A stretch of 64,000 bases of DNA, from the NCBI GenBank assembly GCA_964016885.1, contig OZ024744.1:89218001-89282000 (forward strand). The letters are read 5' to 3'. This document shows positions 31,401-47,905 of this stretch, one piece after another (the first letter of the stretch is position 1; each line of letters begins with the position of its first letter). The stretch comes from Eledone cirrhosa (taxonomy: Eukaryota). The notes under the pieces are model-generated. The model was not told where the DNA came from. It did not search any database and was given only the letters and a program-made list of their open reading frames with translations. Made by a program: the position numbers and the translations under genes.

Positions 31401-34400
31401 ACACTACTACACATTTACACTATTACACATTCACACTACTACACATTCACACTACTACATATTTACACTACTACACATTCACTCTACTACACATTTAGAC
31501 GACTACACACATTTACACTACTACACATTCACACTACTACACATTTACACCACTACACATTCACGGTACTAAAAATTCCCACTACTACACACATTAACAC
31601 TACTACACACAGTCACACTAGTATACAATTACACTACTACACATTTACACTACTACACATTTACACTACTACATATTTACACTACTATACATTTATACTA
31701 CTACACATTCAGACTACTACACATTTACACTACTACACATTTACACTACTACACATTTACACTATTACACATTCACACTACTCCATATTTACACTACTAC
31801 ACATTCACTCTACTACACATTTAGACGACTACACACATTTACACTACTACACATTCACACTACTACACATTCACACTACTACATACATCCACACAACTAC
31901 TAATCTCACTACTACACATTTACACTACTACACATTCAAGTACTACACTTTCACACTGCTACACATTCACACTATTACACATTCACACTTCTACACATTC
32001 AGACTACTGAACATTCACACTACTACACACATTCACACTATTACACATTCACACTACTACACACATTCACACAACTACACATTCACACTATTACACATTG
32101 ACACTACTACACATTTACACTATTATACACATTCACGCTACTGCACACATTTTCACTACTAAACATTCTGACTACTACACACTTACACTACTACACACAA
32201 TTTCACACTACTACACATTTACACTACTACACATTCACATACTACACATTCACACTACTACACGTTCACACTATTATACATTCACACTATTATACATTCA
32301 CACTACTACACATTCACACTATTACACACATTCACACTATTACACACATTCACACTACTACACATTCAGACTAGTATTCACATTCACACTAGTACACATT
32401 CACACTACTACACATTTACACTACTATACATTCACACTACTATACATTAAACCTACAACACATTCACACTTCTACACATTCACACTACTACACATTCACA
32501 CTACTACAGATTTACACTACTACACATTCACACTACTACACATTCACACTACTACACATTTACACCACTACACATTCATACTACACACATTAACACTACT
32601 ACACATTCACACTACTACAGATTTACACTACTACACATTCACACTACTACACATTTAGACTACTACACACATTTACATTACTACACATTCACACTACTAC
32701 ACATTTACACCACTACACATTTACACTACTATACATTTACACTAATACACATTTACACCACTACACATTCACACTACTACACACATTCACACTACTACAC
32801 ATTCACACTGCTACACATTTACACCACTACACATTCATACTACACACATTAACACTACTACACATTCACACAACTAGACATTAAAACTACTACACATTCA
32901 CACTACTATGCATTCTCCTACTACAAACATTCACACTACTACACACATTCACACTACTACACACAGTCACCCTACTACACACATTCACACTACTACACTC
33001 TCGCAATACTACATATTTACTCTACTAAACACATTCAAACTACTACACACATTTACACTACTGCATATTCACTTTACAACACATTCACAGAACTACACAC
33101 ATTCAGACTACTAAACATTTTCACTACTACACATTCACACTACTACATACATTCACACTACTACACGTTCACACTACTACACATTTACACCACTACACAT
33201 TCATACTACACACATTAACACTACTACACATTCACACTACTACACATTTACTCCACTACACATTCACGGTACTACACATTCCCACTACTACACACATTAA
33301 CACTACTACACACATTCACACTACTAGACATTCACACTACTACACATTCACACTACTACACATTCACACTACTATACACGTTCAGACTACTACACAGTTA
33401 CACTACTACACATTTAAACTACTACACATTTACACTACGACACATTTACACTACTACACATTCATACTACTACACATTCACACTACTACACATTTACACT
33501 ACTACACATTCACTCTACTACACATTTAGACGACTAAACACATTTACACTACTACACATTCACATTACTACACATTCACACTACTACACACATTCACACT
33601 ACTACACATCTCACTTCTACATATTTACACTGCTACACATTCACACTACTACACATTCACACTACTACACACATTCACACTACTACACATTCGCACTACT
33701 ACATATTTACACTACTACACGTTTACACTACTACACATTAACACTATTACATATTGACACTACTACACATTTACGCTACTACACATTTACACTACTACAC
33801 ATTTACACTACTACACATTCACACCACTACACATTCACACTATTAAACATTCACACTACTACACATTAACACTATTATACATTGACACTACTACACATTT
33901 ACACTACTTCACATTCACACTACTAAACATTTCCACTACTACACATTTACACCACTACATATTTACACTACTACACATTTACACTAATACACATTTACAC
34001 TACTACACATTCACACTACTATACATTTAAACTACTACACATTTACACTACTACACATTTACACTACTACACATTCACACTACTACACATTCACACTACT
34101 GCACATTTACACTACTACACATTCACTCTACTACACATTTAGACGACTAAACACATTTACACTACTACACATTCACACTACTACACGTTCACACTACTAC
34201 ACACATTCACACTACTACACATTTACACTACTATACATTCACACTACTATACATTAAACCTACAACACATTCACACTTCTACACATTCACACTACTACAC
34301 ATTCACACTACTACAGATTTACACTACTACACATTCACACTACTACACATTTAGACTACTACACACATTTACATTACTACACATTCAAACTACTACACAT

Positions 34401-36960
34401 TTACACTACTACACATTTACACTAATACACATTTACACTACTACACATTCACATTACTACACATATTTACACTACTACACATTCACACTACTACACAGAT
34501 TCCCACTACTACACATTCACACTACTACACATTTACACCACTACACATTCACACTACTACACATTTACACCACTACACATTCATACTACAAACATTAACA
34601 CCACTACACATTCACACTACTACAGATTTACACTACTACACATTCACACTACTACTCATTTAGACTACTACACACATTTACATTACTACACATTCACACT
34701 ACTACACATTTACACCACTACACATTCACACTACTACACATTTACACTAATACACATTTACACTACTACACATTCACACTACTACACATATTTACACTAC
34801 TACACATTTACACCACTACACATTCACACTACTACACACATTCACACTACTACACATTCACACTGCTACACATTTACACCACTACACATTCATACTACAC
34901 ACATTAACACTACTACACATTCACACAACTAGACATTAAATCTACTACACATTCACACTACTATGCATTCTCCTACTACACACATTCACCCTACTACACA
35001 CATTCACACTACTACACTCTCGCAATACTACATATTTACACTACTAAACACATTTAAACTACTACACACATTTACACTACTGCATGTTCACTCTACAACA
35101 CATTCACAGAACTACACACATTCAGACTACTAAACATTTTCACTACTACACATTCACACTACTACACACATTTACACTACTACACATTTACACCACTACA
35201 CATTCACACTACTACATACATTCACACTACTACACTTCACACTACTACACATTTACACCACTACACATTCATACTGCACACATTAACACTACTACACATT
35301 CACACTACTACACATTTACACCACTACACATTCACGGTACTACACATTCCCACTACTACACACATTAACACTACTACACACATTCACACTACTAGACATT
35401 CACACTACTACACATTCACACTACTACACATTCACACTACTATACACGTTCAGACTACTACACAGTTACACTACTACACATTTACACTACTACACATTCA
35501 CACTACTACACATTTAAACTACTACACATTTACACTACGACACATTTACACTACTACACATTCATACTACTACACATTCACACTACTACACATTTACACT
35601 ACTACACATTCACTCTACTACACATTTAGACGACTACACACATTTACACTACTACACATTCACACTACTACACATTCACACTACTACACACATTCACACT
35701 ACTACACATCTCACTTCTACATATTTACACTGCTACACATTCACACTACTACACATTCACACTACTACACACATTCACACTACTACACATTCGCACTACT
35801 ACATATTTACACTACTACACGTTTAAACTACTACACATTAACACTATTACATATTGACACTACTACACATTTACGCTAATACACATTTACACTACTACAC
35901 ATTTACACTACTACACATTTACACTACTTCACATTCACACTACTAAACATTCCCACTACTACACATTTACACCACTACATATTTACACTACTACACATTT
36001 ACACTAATACACATTTACACTACTACATATTCACACTACTATACATTTAAACTACTACACATTTACACTACTACACATTTACGCTACTACACATTCACAC
36101 TACTACACATTCACACTACTGCACATTTACACTACTACACATTCACTCTACTACACATTTAGACGACTAAACACATTTACACTACTACACATTCACACTA
36201 CTACACGTTCACACTACTACACACATTCACACTACTACACATCTCACTTCTACATATTTACACTGCTACACACATTTACACTACTGCACATTCACACTAC
36301 TACACATCCACACTACTACACATTTACACTACTACACATTCAAATACTACACATTCAGACTATTACACATTCACACTACTACATATTCACACTACTACAC
36401 ATTCACGCTACTATACATTCACACTACTATACATTTACACTACTCAACATTTAAACTACTACACATTTACACTACTTCAGATTTACACTACTACAAATTC
36501 ACATTACTTCACATTCACACTACTACACATTCACACTACTACCCACATTCAAACTACTACACATTCACACTACTACACACATTTACACTACTACACAATC
36601 ACATTACTATACATTCACACTACTACACATTCACACTACTACACGCATTTACACCATTATACATTCACACTACTACACATTGACACTACTACACACATTT
36701 ACACTACTACACATTTACACCACTACACATTGACACTACTACATACATTCACACTATTACACATTCACACTACTACACATTGACACTACTACACATTCAC
36801 ACTACTACACAATTAAACTACTACACATTCACACTACTACACGTTCACACTACTACACACTAAAACTACTACACATTCACACAACTACACACATTCATAC
36901 TACTACACTTCCACACTACTACATATTTACACTACTACACACATTCACACTACTACACAC
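19500..36960. repeat. Higher-order tandem duplication in satellite B, period 8,722 bp (2 near-identical copies)
   Basis: Translated frames repeat at a fixed offset (19915/28637, 20337/29059, 23376/32098, 24186/32908, 26362/35084) with only isolated substitutions. Confidence 0.95.
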
Positions 36961-38250
36961 ATTTATTCTACTAGATATTCACACTACTGCACATTCACAC
37001 TACTTCACATACATTTACACTACTACATATTCACACTACTACACATTCACACAGCTACACACATTCAGACTACTATACATTTTCACTAGTAAACATTCAC
37101 AATACTACACATTCACACTACTACACATTCACACTAATATACATTCCCACTACTACACACATTCATACTACTGCACAAATTGACACTACTACACATTCAC
37201 ACTACTATACATATTCACACTACTACACATTCACACTATTACACATTCACGCTACTACACATTCACACTACTAAACATTCACACTACTACACACATTCAG
37301 ACTACTACACATTGACACTACTACACACATTCACACAACTACACATTCACACTACTACACATTTACACTACTAAACACATTGACGCTACTAAACATCCTG
37401 ACTACTACACATTTACACTACTACACACACATTCACACTACTACACATTCACACTACTACACATTCACACTACTACACATTTACACTACTACTCATTTAC
37501 ACTTCTGCACATTTACACTACTACACATTCACACTACTACACATTCACACTACTACACATTCACACTACTACACATTTACACTACTACACATTCACACAA
37601 CTACACACATTCATACTACTACACACATAAATACTACATATTTACACTACTACACACATTCACACTACTACACACATTTATTCTACTAGATGTTCACGCT
37701 TCTGCACATTCACACTACTACACATTCACACTACTTCACACACATTTACACTACTACATATTCACACTACTACACATTCACACAGCTACACAGATTCAGG
37801 CTACTAAACATTTTCACTAGTAAACATTCACAATACTACACATTTACACTACTACACATTCACACTACTACACATTCACACTAATATACATTCCCACTAC
37901 TACACATTCACACTACTACACACATTCACACTACTACACATTCACACTACTATACATATTCACACTACTACACATTCACACTACTACACATTTACACTAC
38001 TACACAAATTGACACTACTACACATTTACACCACTACACATTCACACTACTACACATTTACACTACTACACATTCACACTACTACACATTTACACCACTA
38101 CACATTCACACTACTACACATTTACACTACTACACATTCACACTACTATAAATTCGCACTACTACACATTCACACTACTCCACACATCCAGACTAATACA
38201 CATTTACACTACTACACATTCACACTACTACACATTCACACTACTACACC

Positions 38251-38532
38251 CATATTGGCTCATACAAACATATACAAATAATTCCAAAATTCATACATAT
38301 TACAATTGTAGGTGTATTTCCCTTCGTCAGCTGTCAACTGAATAAATTTGTAGTTTCAGGTGTGACGGGAGCAATACGCTTCCCAGTGCACCAGTCGACC
38401 CTAAAGAAAGGAATTTTTTCAGCACGAATACCAGACAATACCTGTAGATTTCGGTGTAAATAGAGCTGTCGAGAGAGAGAGATACATATATATAAACACA
38501 CATACACACACACATACATAAATATATATATA
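38251..38532 (-). ncRNA. Satellite-embedded cassette copy 1: split/permuted hammerhead-like structured RNA (GUA triplet)
   Basis: Minus strand reads acacc-GAAA-tctacagg-TA-ttgtc ...~100-nt nested hairpin... gacag-CTGACGA-agggaaatacacc. The repeat is certain; the ribozyme call is inferred from motifs and manual pairing. Confidence 0.55.
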
Positions 38533-40139
38533 TTTACACTACTACACATTCTCACTACTACACACATTCACACTACTACACACATTCAGACTACTACACT
38601 TTCACACTACTACACATTTACACTAATACACACATTCACACTACTAAACATTTTCACTACTAAACATTCAAACTACTACACATTTACACTACTACACACA
38701 CATTCACACTACAACCCATTCACACTACTACACATTTACACTACTACACACATTTACAATACTACACATTGACACTACTACACATTTACACTGCTACACA
38801 AATTCACACTACTACACAGATGTACACTACTACACATTTACAATACAACACATTGACACTACTACACAATCACACTACTACACATTCACACTACTACATA
38901 TTTACACTACTACAAATTTACACTACTACACATTCACACTACTACACTTTCACGCTACTACACATTCACACTACTACACATTGACACTACCACACATTCA
39001 CACTACTACATACATTCACACAACTACACATTCACACTACTAAACTTTTACACTACTACACATTCAGACTACTACACATTTACACAACTACACATTTAAA
39101 TACTACACATTCACACTACTACACATTCACACTATTACACATTCACACTACTACACATTCACACTACTAAACATTCACACTACTACACACATTCAGACTA
39201 CTACACATTGACACTACTACACACATTCACACAACTACACATTCACACTGCTACACACATTCAGACTACTACACATTGACACTACTACACACATTCACAC
39301 AACTACACATTCACACTACTACACATTTACACTACTAAACACATTGACGCTACTAAACACATTTCCACTACTAAACATCCTGACTACTACACATTTACAC
39401 TACTACACACACATTCACACTACTACACATTCACACTACTACACATTCACACTACTACCCATTTACACTACTACTCATTTACACTTCTACACATTTACAC
39501 TACTACACATTCACACTACTACACATTCACACTACTACCCACATTCACGCTATTACACATTCACACTACTACACATTCACACTACTACACATTTACACTA
39601 CTACACATTCACACAACTACACACATTCATACTACTACACTTCCACACTACTACATATTTACACTACTACACACATTCACACTACTACACACATTTATTC
39701 TACTAGATATTCACACTACTACACATTCACACTACTTCACACACATTTACACTACTACATATTCACACTACTACACATTCACACAGCTACACACATTCAG
39801 ACTACTAAACATTTTCACTAGTAAACATTCACAATACTACACATTCACACTACTACACATTCACACTAATATACATTCCCACTACTACACACATTCACAC
39901 TACTACACAAATTCACACTACTACACATTCATACTACTATACATATTCACACTACTACACATTCACACTACGACACATTCACACTACTACACATTTACAC
40001 CACTACACATTCACACTACTACACATTCACACTACTATAAATTCCCACTACTACACATTCACACTACTCCACACATCCAGACTAATACACATTTACACTA
40101 CTACACATTCACACTACTACACATTCACACTACTACACC

Positions 40140-40421
40140 CATATTGGCTCATACAAACATATACAAATAATTCCAAAATTCATACATATTACAATTGTAG
40201 GTGTATTTCCCTTCGTCAGCTGTCAACTGAATAAATTTGTAGTTTCAGGTGTGACGGGAGCGATACGCTTCCCAGTGCACCAGTCGACCCTAAAGAAAGG
40301 AATTTTTTCAGCACGAATACCAGACAAGACCTGTAGATTTCGGTGTAAATAGAGCTGTCGAGAGAGAGAGATACATATATATAAACACACATACACACAC
40401 ACATACATAAATATATATATA
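40140..40421 (-). ncRNA. Satellite-embedded cassette copy 2 (GUC triplet)
   Basis: Near-identical to copy 1; GAAA-tctacagg-TC-ttgtc; apical hairpin AGCG-TAT-CGCT fully Watson-Crick. Confidence 0.55.
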
Positions 40422-41991
40422 TTTACACTACTACACATTCTCACTACTACACACATTCAAACTACTACACACATTCACACTACTACACTTTCACACTACT
40501 ACACATTTACACTACTACACACATTCACACTAAAAAACATTTTCACTACTAAACATTCACACTACTACACATTTACACTACTACACACACATTCACACTA
40601 CAACACATTCACACTACTAGACATTCGCACTACTACACACATTTACAATACTACACGTTGACACTACTACACATTTACACTACTGCACAAATTCACACTA
40701 CTACACAGATGTACACTACTACACATTTACACCACTAAACATTCACATTACTATGCATTTACACTACTAAACATTCACACTACTACACATTTACACTACT
40801 ACGCACATTTACAATACTACACATTGACACTACTACACATTCACACTACTACACAGATTTACACTACTACACGATCACACTACTACACATTCACACTACT
40901 ACACATTTACACTACTACACATTCACACTACAACACATTAACACTACCACACATTCACACTACTACATACATTCACACAATTACACATTCACACTACTAA
41001 ACATTTACACTACTACACATTCAGACTATTACACGTTCACACGACTACATATTTACACTGCTACACACATTTAGACTACTGCACATTCACATTACTACAC
41101 ATTTACACTACTACACATTTAAATACTACACATTCACACTACTACACATTCACACTATTACACATTCACACTACTACACATTCACACTATTACACATTCA
41201 CACTACTACATATTCACACTACTAAACATTCACACTACTACACACATTCAGATTACTACACATTGACACTACTACACACATTCACACTACTACACATTCA
41301 CACTACTACACATTGACACTACTACACATTTACACTACTAAACACATTGACGCTACTAAACACATTTTCACTACTAAAAATCCTGACTACTACACATTTA
41401 CACTACTACACACACATTCACACTACTACGCATTCACACTACTACACATTCACACTACTACACATTCACACTACTACACATTCACACTACTACACATTTA
41501 CACTACTACACATTTACACTACACACACATTCACACTACAACACATTCACACTACCACACAATCACACTACTACATACATTCATACAACTACACATTCAC
41601 ACTACTAAACATTTACACTACTACACATTCAGACTATTACACATTCACACTACTACATATTTACACTGCTACACACATTTACACTACTACACATTCCCAC
41701 TACTACACATTCACACTACTACACATTTACACTACTACACATTGACACTACTACACATTTACACTACTAAACACATTCACGCTACTAAACACATTTTCAC
41801 TTCTAAACATCCTGACTACTAACTACACATTCACACTACTACACATTCTCACTACTACACATTCACACCACTACACATTCACACTACTATAAATTCCCAC
41901 TACTACACATTCACACTACTCCACACATCCAGACTACTACACATTTAGACTACTACACATTCACACTACTACACATTCACACTACTACACA

Positions 41992-42273
41992 CATATTGGC
42001 TCATACAAACATATACAAATAATTCAAAAATTCATACATATTACAATTGTAGGTGTATTTCCCTTCGTCAGCTGTCAACTGAATAAATTTGTAGTTTCAG
42101 GTGTGACGGGAGCAATACGCTTCCCAGTGCACCAGTCGACCCTAATGAAAGGAATTTTTTCAGCACGAATACCAGACAAGACCTGTAGATTTCGGTGTAA
42201 ATAGAGCTGTCGAGAGAGAGAGATACATATATATAAACACACATATAAACACACATACATAAATATATATATA
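41992..42273 (-). ncRNA. Satellite-embedded cassette copy 3 (GUC triplet)
   Basis: Near-identical to copy 1; shares diagnostic variants (CTAATGAAAGG, ATTCAAAAA) with copy 5. Confidence 0.55.
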
Positions 42274-43145
42274 TTTACACTACTACACATTCTCACTACT
42301 TCACACATTCACACTACTACACACATTCACACTACTACACTTTCACACTACTACACATTTACACTACTACACGCATTCACACTACAAAACATTTTCACTA
42401 CTAAACATTCACACTACTACACATTTATACTACTACACACACATTCACACTACAACACATTCACACTACTAGACATTCACACTACTACACACATTTACAA
42501 TACTACACGTTGACACTACTACACATTTACACTACTGCACAAATTCACACTACTACACAGATGTACACTACTATACATTTACACCACTACACATTCACGC
42601 TACTACACATTTACACTACTAAACATTCACACTACTACACATTTACACTACTACACACATTTACAATACTACACGTTGACACTACTACACAGTCACACTA
42701 CTACACATTCACACTACTACATATTTACACTACTACAAATTTACACCACTACACATTCACACTACTACACTTTCACGCTACTACACATTCACACTACTAC
42801 ACATTGACACTACCACACATTCACACTACTACATACATTCACACAACTACACATTCACACTACTAAACATTTACACTACTACACATTCAGACTATTACAC
42901 ATTTAGACTACTACATATTTACACTGCTACACAAATTTACACTACTACACTTTCACACTACTACACTTTCACACTACTACACATTCACACTACTACACAT
43001 TCACACTACTACACATTCACACTATTACACATTCACACTACTACACATTCACACTACTAAACATTCACACTACTCCACACATCCAGACTACTACACATTT
43101 ACACTACTACACATTCACACTACTACACATTCACACTACTACACC

Positions 43146-43430
43146 CATATTGGCTCATACAAACATATACAAATAATTGCAAAATTCATACATATTACAA
43201 TTGTAGGTGTATTTCCCTTCGTCAGCTGTCAACTGAATAAATTTGTAGTTTCAGGTGTGACGGGAGCAATACGCTTCCCAGTGCACCAGTCGACCCTAAA
43301 GAAAGGAATTTTTTTCAGCACGAATACCAGACAAGACCTGTAGATTTGGGTGTAAATAGAGCTGTCGAGAGAGAGAGATACATATATATAAACACACATA
43401 CACACACACATACATAAATATATATATATA
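43146..43430 (-). ncRNA. Satellite-embedded cassette copy 4 (core GAAA mutated to CAAA, predicted inactive)
   Basis: Plus strand has GATTTGGGTGT instead of GATTTCGGTGT, and one extra T in the T-run. Confidence 0.45.
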
Positions 43431-45000
43431 TTTACACTACTACACATTCTCTCTACTACACACATTAACACTACTACACACATTCACACTACTACACTTT
43501 CACACTACTACACATTTACACTACTACACACATTCACACTACAAAACATTTTCACTACTAAACATTCACACTACTACACATTTACACTACTACACACACA
43601 TTCACACTACAACACATTCACACTACTAGACATTCGCACTACTACACACATTTACAATACTACACGTTGACACTACTATACATTTACACTACTGCACAAA
43701 TTCACACTACTACACAGATGTACACTACTACACATTTACACCACTAAACATTCACATTACTATGCATTTACACTACTAAACATTCACACTACTACACATT
43801 TACACTACTACGCACATTTACAATACTACACATTGACACTACTACGCATTCACACTACTACACAGATTTACACTACTACACGATCACACTACTACACATT
43901 CACACTACTACACATTTACACTACTACACATTCACACTACAACACATTAACACTACCACACATTCACACTACTACATACATTCACACAACTACACATTCA
44001 CACTACTAAACATTTACACTACTACACATTCAGACTATTACACGTTCACACTACTACATATTTACACTGCTACACACATTTAGACTACTGCACATTCACA
44101 TTACTACACATTTACACTACTACACATTTAAATACTACACATTCACACTACTACACATTCACACTTTTACACATTCACACTACTACACATTCACACTATT
44201 ACACATTCACACTACTACATATTCACACTACTAAACATTCACACTCCTACACACATTCAGATTACTACACATTGACACTACTACACACATTCACACTACT
44301 ACACATTCACACTACTACACATTGACACTACTACACATTTACACTACTAAACACATTGACGCTACTAAACACATTTTCACTACTAAAAATCCTGACTACT
44401 ACACATTTACACTACTACACACACATTCACACTACTACGCATTCACACTACTACACATTCACACTACTACACATTCACACTACTACACATTCACACTACT
44501 ACACATTTACACTACTTCACATTTACACTACACACACATTCACACTACAAGACATTGACACTACCACACAATCACACTACTACATACATTCACACAACTA
44601 CACATTCACACTACTAAACATTTACACTACTACACATTCAGACTATTACACATTCACACTACTACATATTTACACTGCTACACACATTTACACTACTACA
44701 CATTCCCACTACTACACATTCACACTACTACACATTTACACTACTACACATTGACACTACTACACATTTACACTACTAAACACATTCACGCTACTAAACA
44801 CATTTTCACTTCTAAACATCCTGACTACTAACTACACATTCACACTACTACACATTCTCACTACTACACATTCACACCACTACACATTCACACTACTATA
44901 AATTCCCACTACTACACATTCACACTACTCCACACATCCAGACTACTACACATTTAGACTACTACACATTCACACTACTACACATTCACACTACTACACA

Positions 45001-45282
45001 CATATTGGCTCATACAAACATATACAAATAATTCAAAAATTCATACATATTACAATTGTAGGTGTATTTCCCTTCGTCAGCTGTCAACTGAATAAATTTG
45101 TAGTTTCAGGTGTGACGGGAGCAATACGCTTCCCAGTGCACCAGTCGACCCTAATGAAAGGAATTTTTTCAGCACGAATACCAGACAAGACCTGTAGATT
45201 TCGGTGTAAATAGAGCTGTCGAGAGAGAGAGATACATATATATAAACACACATATAAACACACATACATAAATATATATATA
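45001..45282 (-). ncRNA. Satellite-embedded cassette copy 5 (GUC triplet)
   Basis: Matches copy 3 at +3,009 bp. Confidence 0.55.
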
Positions 45283-46741
45283 TTTACACTACTACACATT
45301 CTCACTACTTCACACATTCACACTACTACACACATTCACACTACTACACTTTCACACTACTACACATTTACACTACTACACACATTCACACTACAAAACA
45401 TTTTCACTACTAAACATTCACACTACTACACATTTATACTACTACACACACATTCACACTACAACACATTCACACTACTAGACATTCACACTACTACACA
45501 CATTTACAATACTACACGTTGACACTACTACACATTTACACTACTGCACAAATTCACACTACTACACAGATGTACACTACTACACATTTACACCACTACA
45601 CATTCACGCTACTACACATTTACACTACTAAACATTCACACTACTACACATTTACACTACTACACACATTTACAATACTACACGTTGACACTACTACACA
45701 ATCACACTACTACACATTCACACTACTACATATTTACACTACTACAAATTTACACCACTACACATTTACACTACTACTCTTTCACGCTACTACACATTCA
45801 CACTACTACACATTGACACTACCACACATTCACACTACTACATACATTCACACAACTACACATTCACACTACTAAACATTTACACTACTACACATTCAGA
45901 CTATTACACATTTAGACTACTACATATTTACACTGCTACACAAATTTACACTACTACACTTTCACACTACTACACTTTCACACTACTACACATTCACACT
46001 ACTACACATTCACACTACTACACATTCACACTATTACACATTCACACTACTACACATTCACACTACTAAACATTCACACTACTACACACATTCAGACTAC
46101 TACACATTGACACTACTACACACATTCACACAACTACACATTCACACTACTACACATTTACACTACTAAACACATTGACGCTACTAAACACATTTCCACT
46201 ACTAAACATCCTGACTACTACACATTTACACTACTACACACACATTCACATTACTACACATTCACACTAACTACACATTTACACTACTACACATTTACAC
46301 TACTACTCATTTACACTTCTACACCTTTACACTACTACACATTCACACTACTACACATTCACACTACTACCCACATTCACACTACTACACATTCACACTA
46401 CTACACATTCACACTACTACACATTTACACTACTACACATTTACACTACTACACATTCACACTACTATACATTCTCACAACTACACACATTCAGACTACT
46501 AAACATTTTCACTACTAAACATTCACAAAACTACACATTTACTCTACTCCACATTCACACTACTACACATTCCCACTACTACACATTCACACTACTACAC
46601 ATTTACACTACTACATATTGACACTACTACACATTTACACTACTATATATTCACACTACTACACACACATTTACACTACTACACATTTACACTACTACAC
46701 ATTCACTACTACACATTCACGAGTGAAAGTATAAAGAAAAA

Positions 46742-46979
46742 AAGATGAAATCGAAAATGCAACTGGAGTCTTATTTTAAAATATATATATATATTTATTT
46801 GGTTCCTTTACCGGTTTCGCAGTTCTTCTGCTTTTTACAGATGTGAGAAAAACCACAGACCCTCCATCTCAACTCTACTTTTAAAAAGCAGAAGAACTGC
46901 GAAATCGGTAAAGTAACCAAATAAATATATATATATATTTTTTTAAATAAGACTCCAGTTGCATTTTCGATTACATCTT
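46742..46979. repeat. ~95-bp inverted repeat (arms 46742-46837 and 46882-46979) containing decayed minimal hammerhead motifs
   Basis: Arms are near-perfect reverse complements. Right arm: tactt-TTAAAAA-gcag(aagaa)ctgc-GAAA-tcgg-TA-aagta; left arm (minus) has GAAA-CCGG-TA. The CUGANGA box is degenerate. Confidence 0.8.
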
Positions 46980-47011
46980 CTTATATATTTATATATATAT
47001 ATATATATATA

Positions 47012-47649
47012 TAATGTATAAAAATCAATACAATATAATTACCTCATTACCAGAGGTTTCCCGAATGAGGCGAATACGAAAGAAACGTCTTCATTCGTTC
47101 GTCAGACGAGGCAATATAAAAGATGGGTAAATACTTGCAAAGTCTCATCAAAAAAAGCAAAGAAACAAAAAAACAAAAAAGATATAGACAAATGAATTAG
47201 AATATGAAATATATAATAATCTTTCAAGAAATATAGTTAGGTGTGTGTATATGTATGTATATACGCTCACAGATGTGCATATATGTGTATGCACATATGT
47301 ATACGTATAGTGAAAAAGTGTGCGTAAATATATAATTTAGAGCAAATGTATCTGTATGTCTGTAATCTACAGACAGAATAGATACATCATAAGAATATGA
47401 AGGCACGCGCATAAACACACCTACACACACGTACACTTAGATGCGGAAGTAAAAGAGGTAAGGGAGTGTAATAATTAAAGGAAAGTATCAATCTCGATAT
47501 ATTTATAAAAATGGAACAATAATTTAGAAAGAAAAAATTAAAGAAAAGAAGACAAACATACATACACACACACGTATATCTCACAAAAGAAACGCAAAAA
47601 TATACATGCTTATATACACATGCACACTTACACATCCATACGTTCGATA

Positions 47650-47702
<53 letters not shown>

Positions 47703-47833
47703 TTACACTCACGCATATTGACCTGTTTGCATGCACACGCATAAAAATGAGTAAGTAAAAAAAGGGGGAGAAGAAAAAAGGAACAAAACATAAAACCTAG
47801 ATGTAAAAAACACGGATATAAAGACATACACAT

Positions 47834-47905
<72 letters not shown>

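Larger units (their letters stand above)
40050..46080. repeat. Higher-order tandem duplication, period ~3,009 bp, each unit carrying two cassettes
   Basis: Offsets 41313/44322, 42068/45077, 42510/45519. Edges approximate. Confidence 0.88.
16138..46720. repeat. Satellite B: 16-bp (some 18-bp) tandem repeat, consensus ACACATT(C/T)ACACTACT, ~30.5 kb
   Basis: Continuous array seen directly; plus strand G-poor; interrupted only by five ~280-bp cassettes. Confidence 0.97.

Noticed and set aside
38327-38567. Cassette as a duplicated coding exon (CT tract + GACAG acceptor, LYLHRNLQVL...NLFS* or SIYTEIY...VDS*)
   Set aside because: No recognisable protein, no partner exons, copy 4 has a frameshift, and HHR motifs plus nested helices explain the sequence better. 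Not fully excluded without RNA-seq.
38251-45282. CRISPR-like repeat/spacer array
   Set aside because: Units are ~280 bp separated by kb of satellite; no cas genes; eukaryotic context.
16526-45875. Long HTTTHSHYYTFTLL-type ORFs (up to 535 aa)
   Set aside because: Translation of the 16-bp satellite, which is stop-poor on the G-poor strand.
1-46720. Telomeric or telomerase-type repeat arrays
   Set aside because: No TTAGGG/TTAGG runs; monomers are 16-22 bp, heterogeneous and internal.
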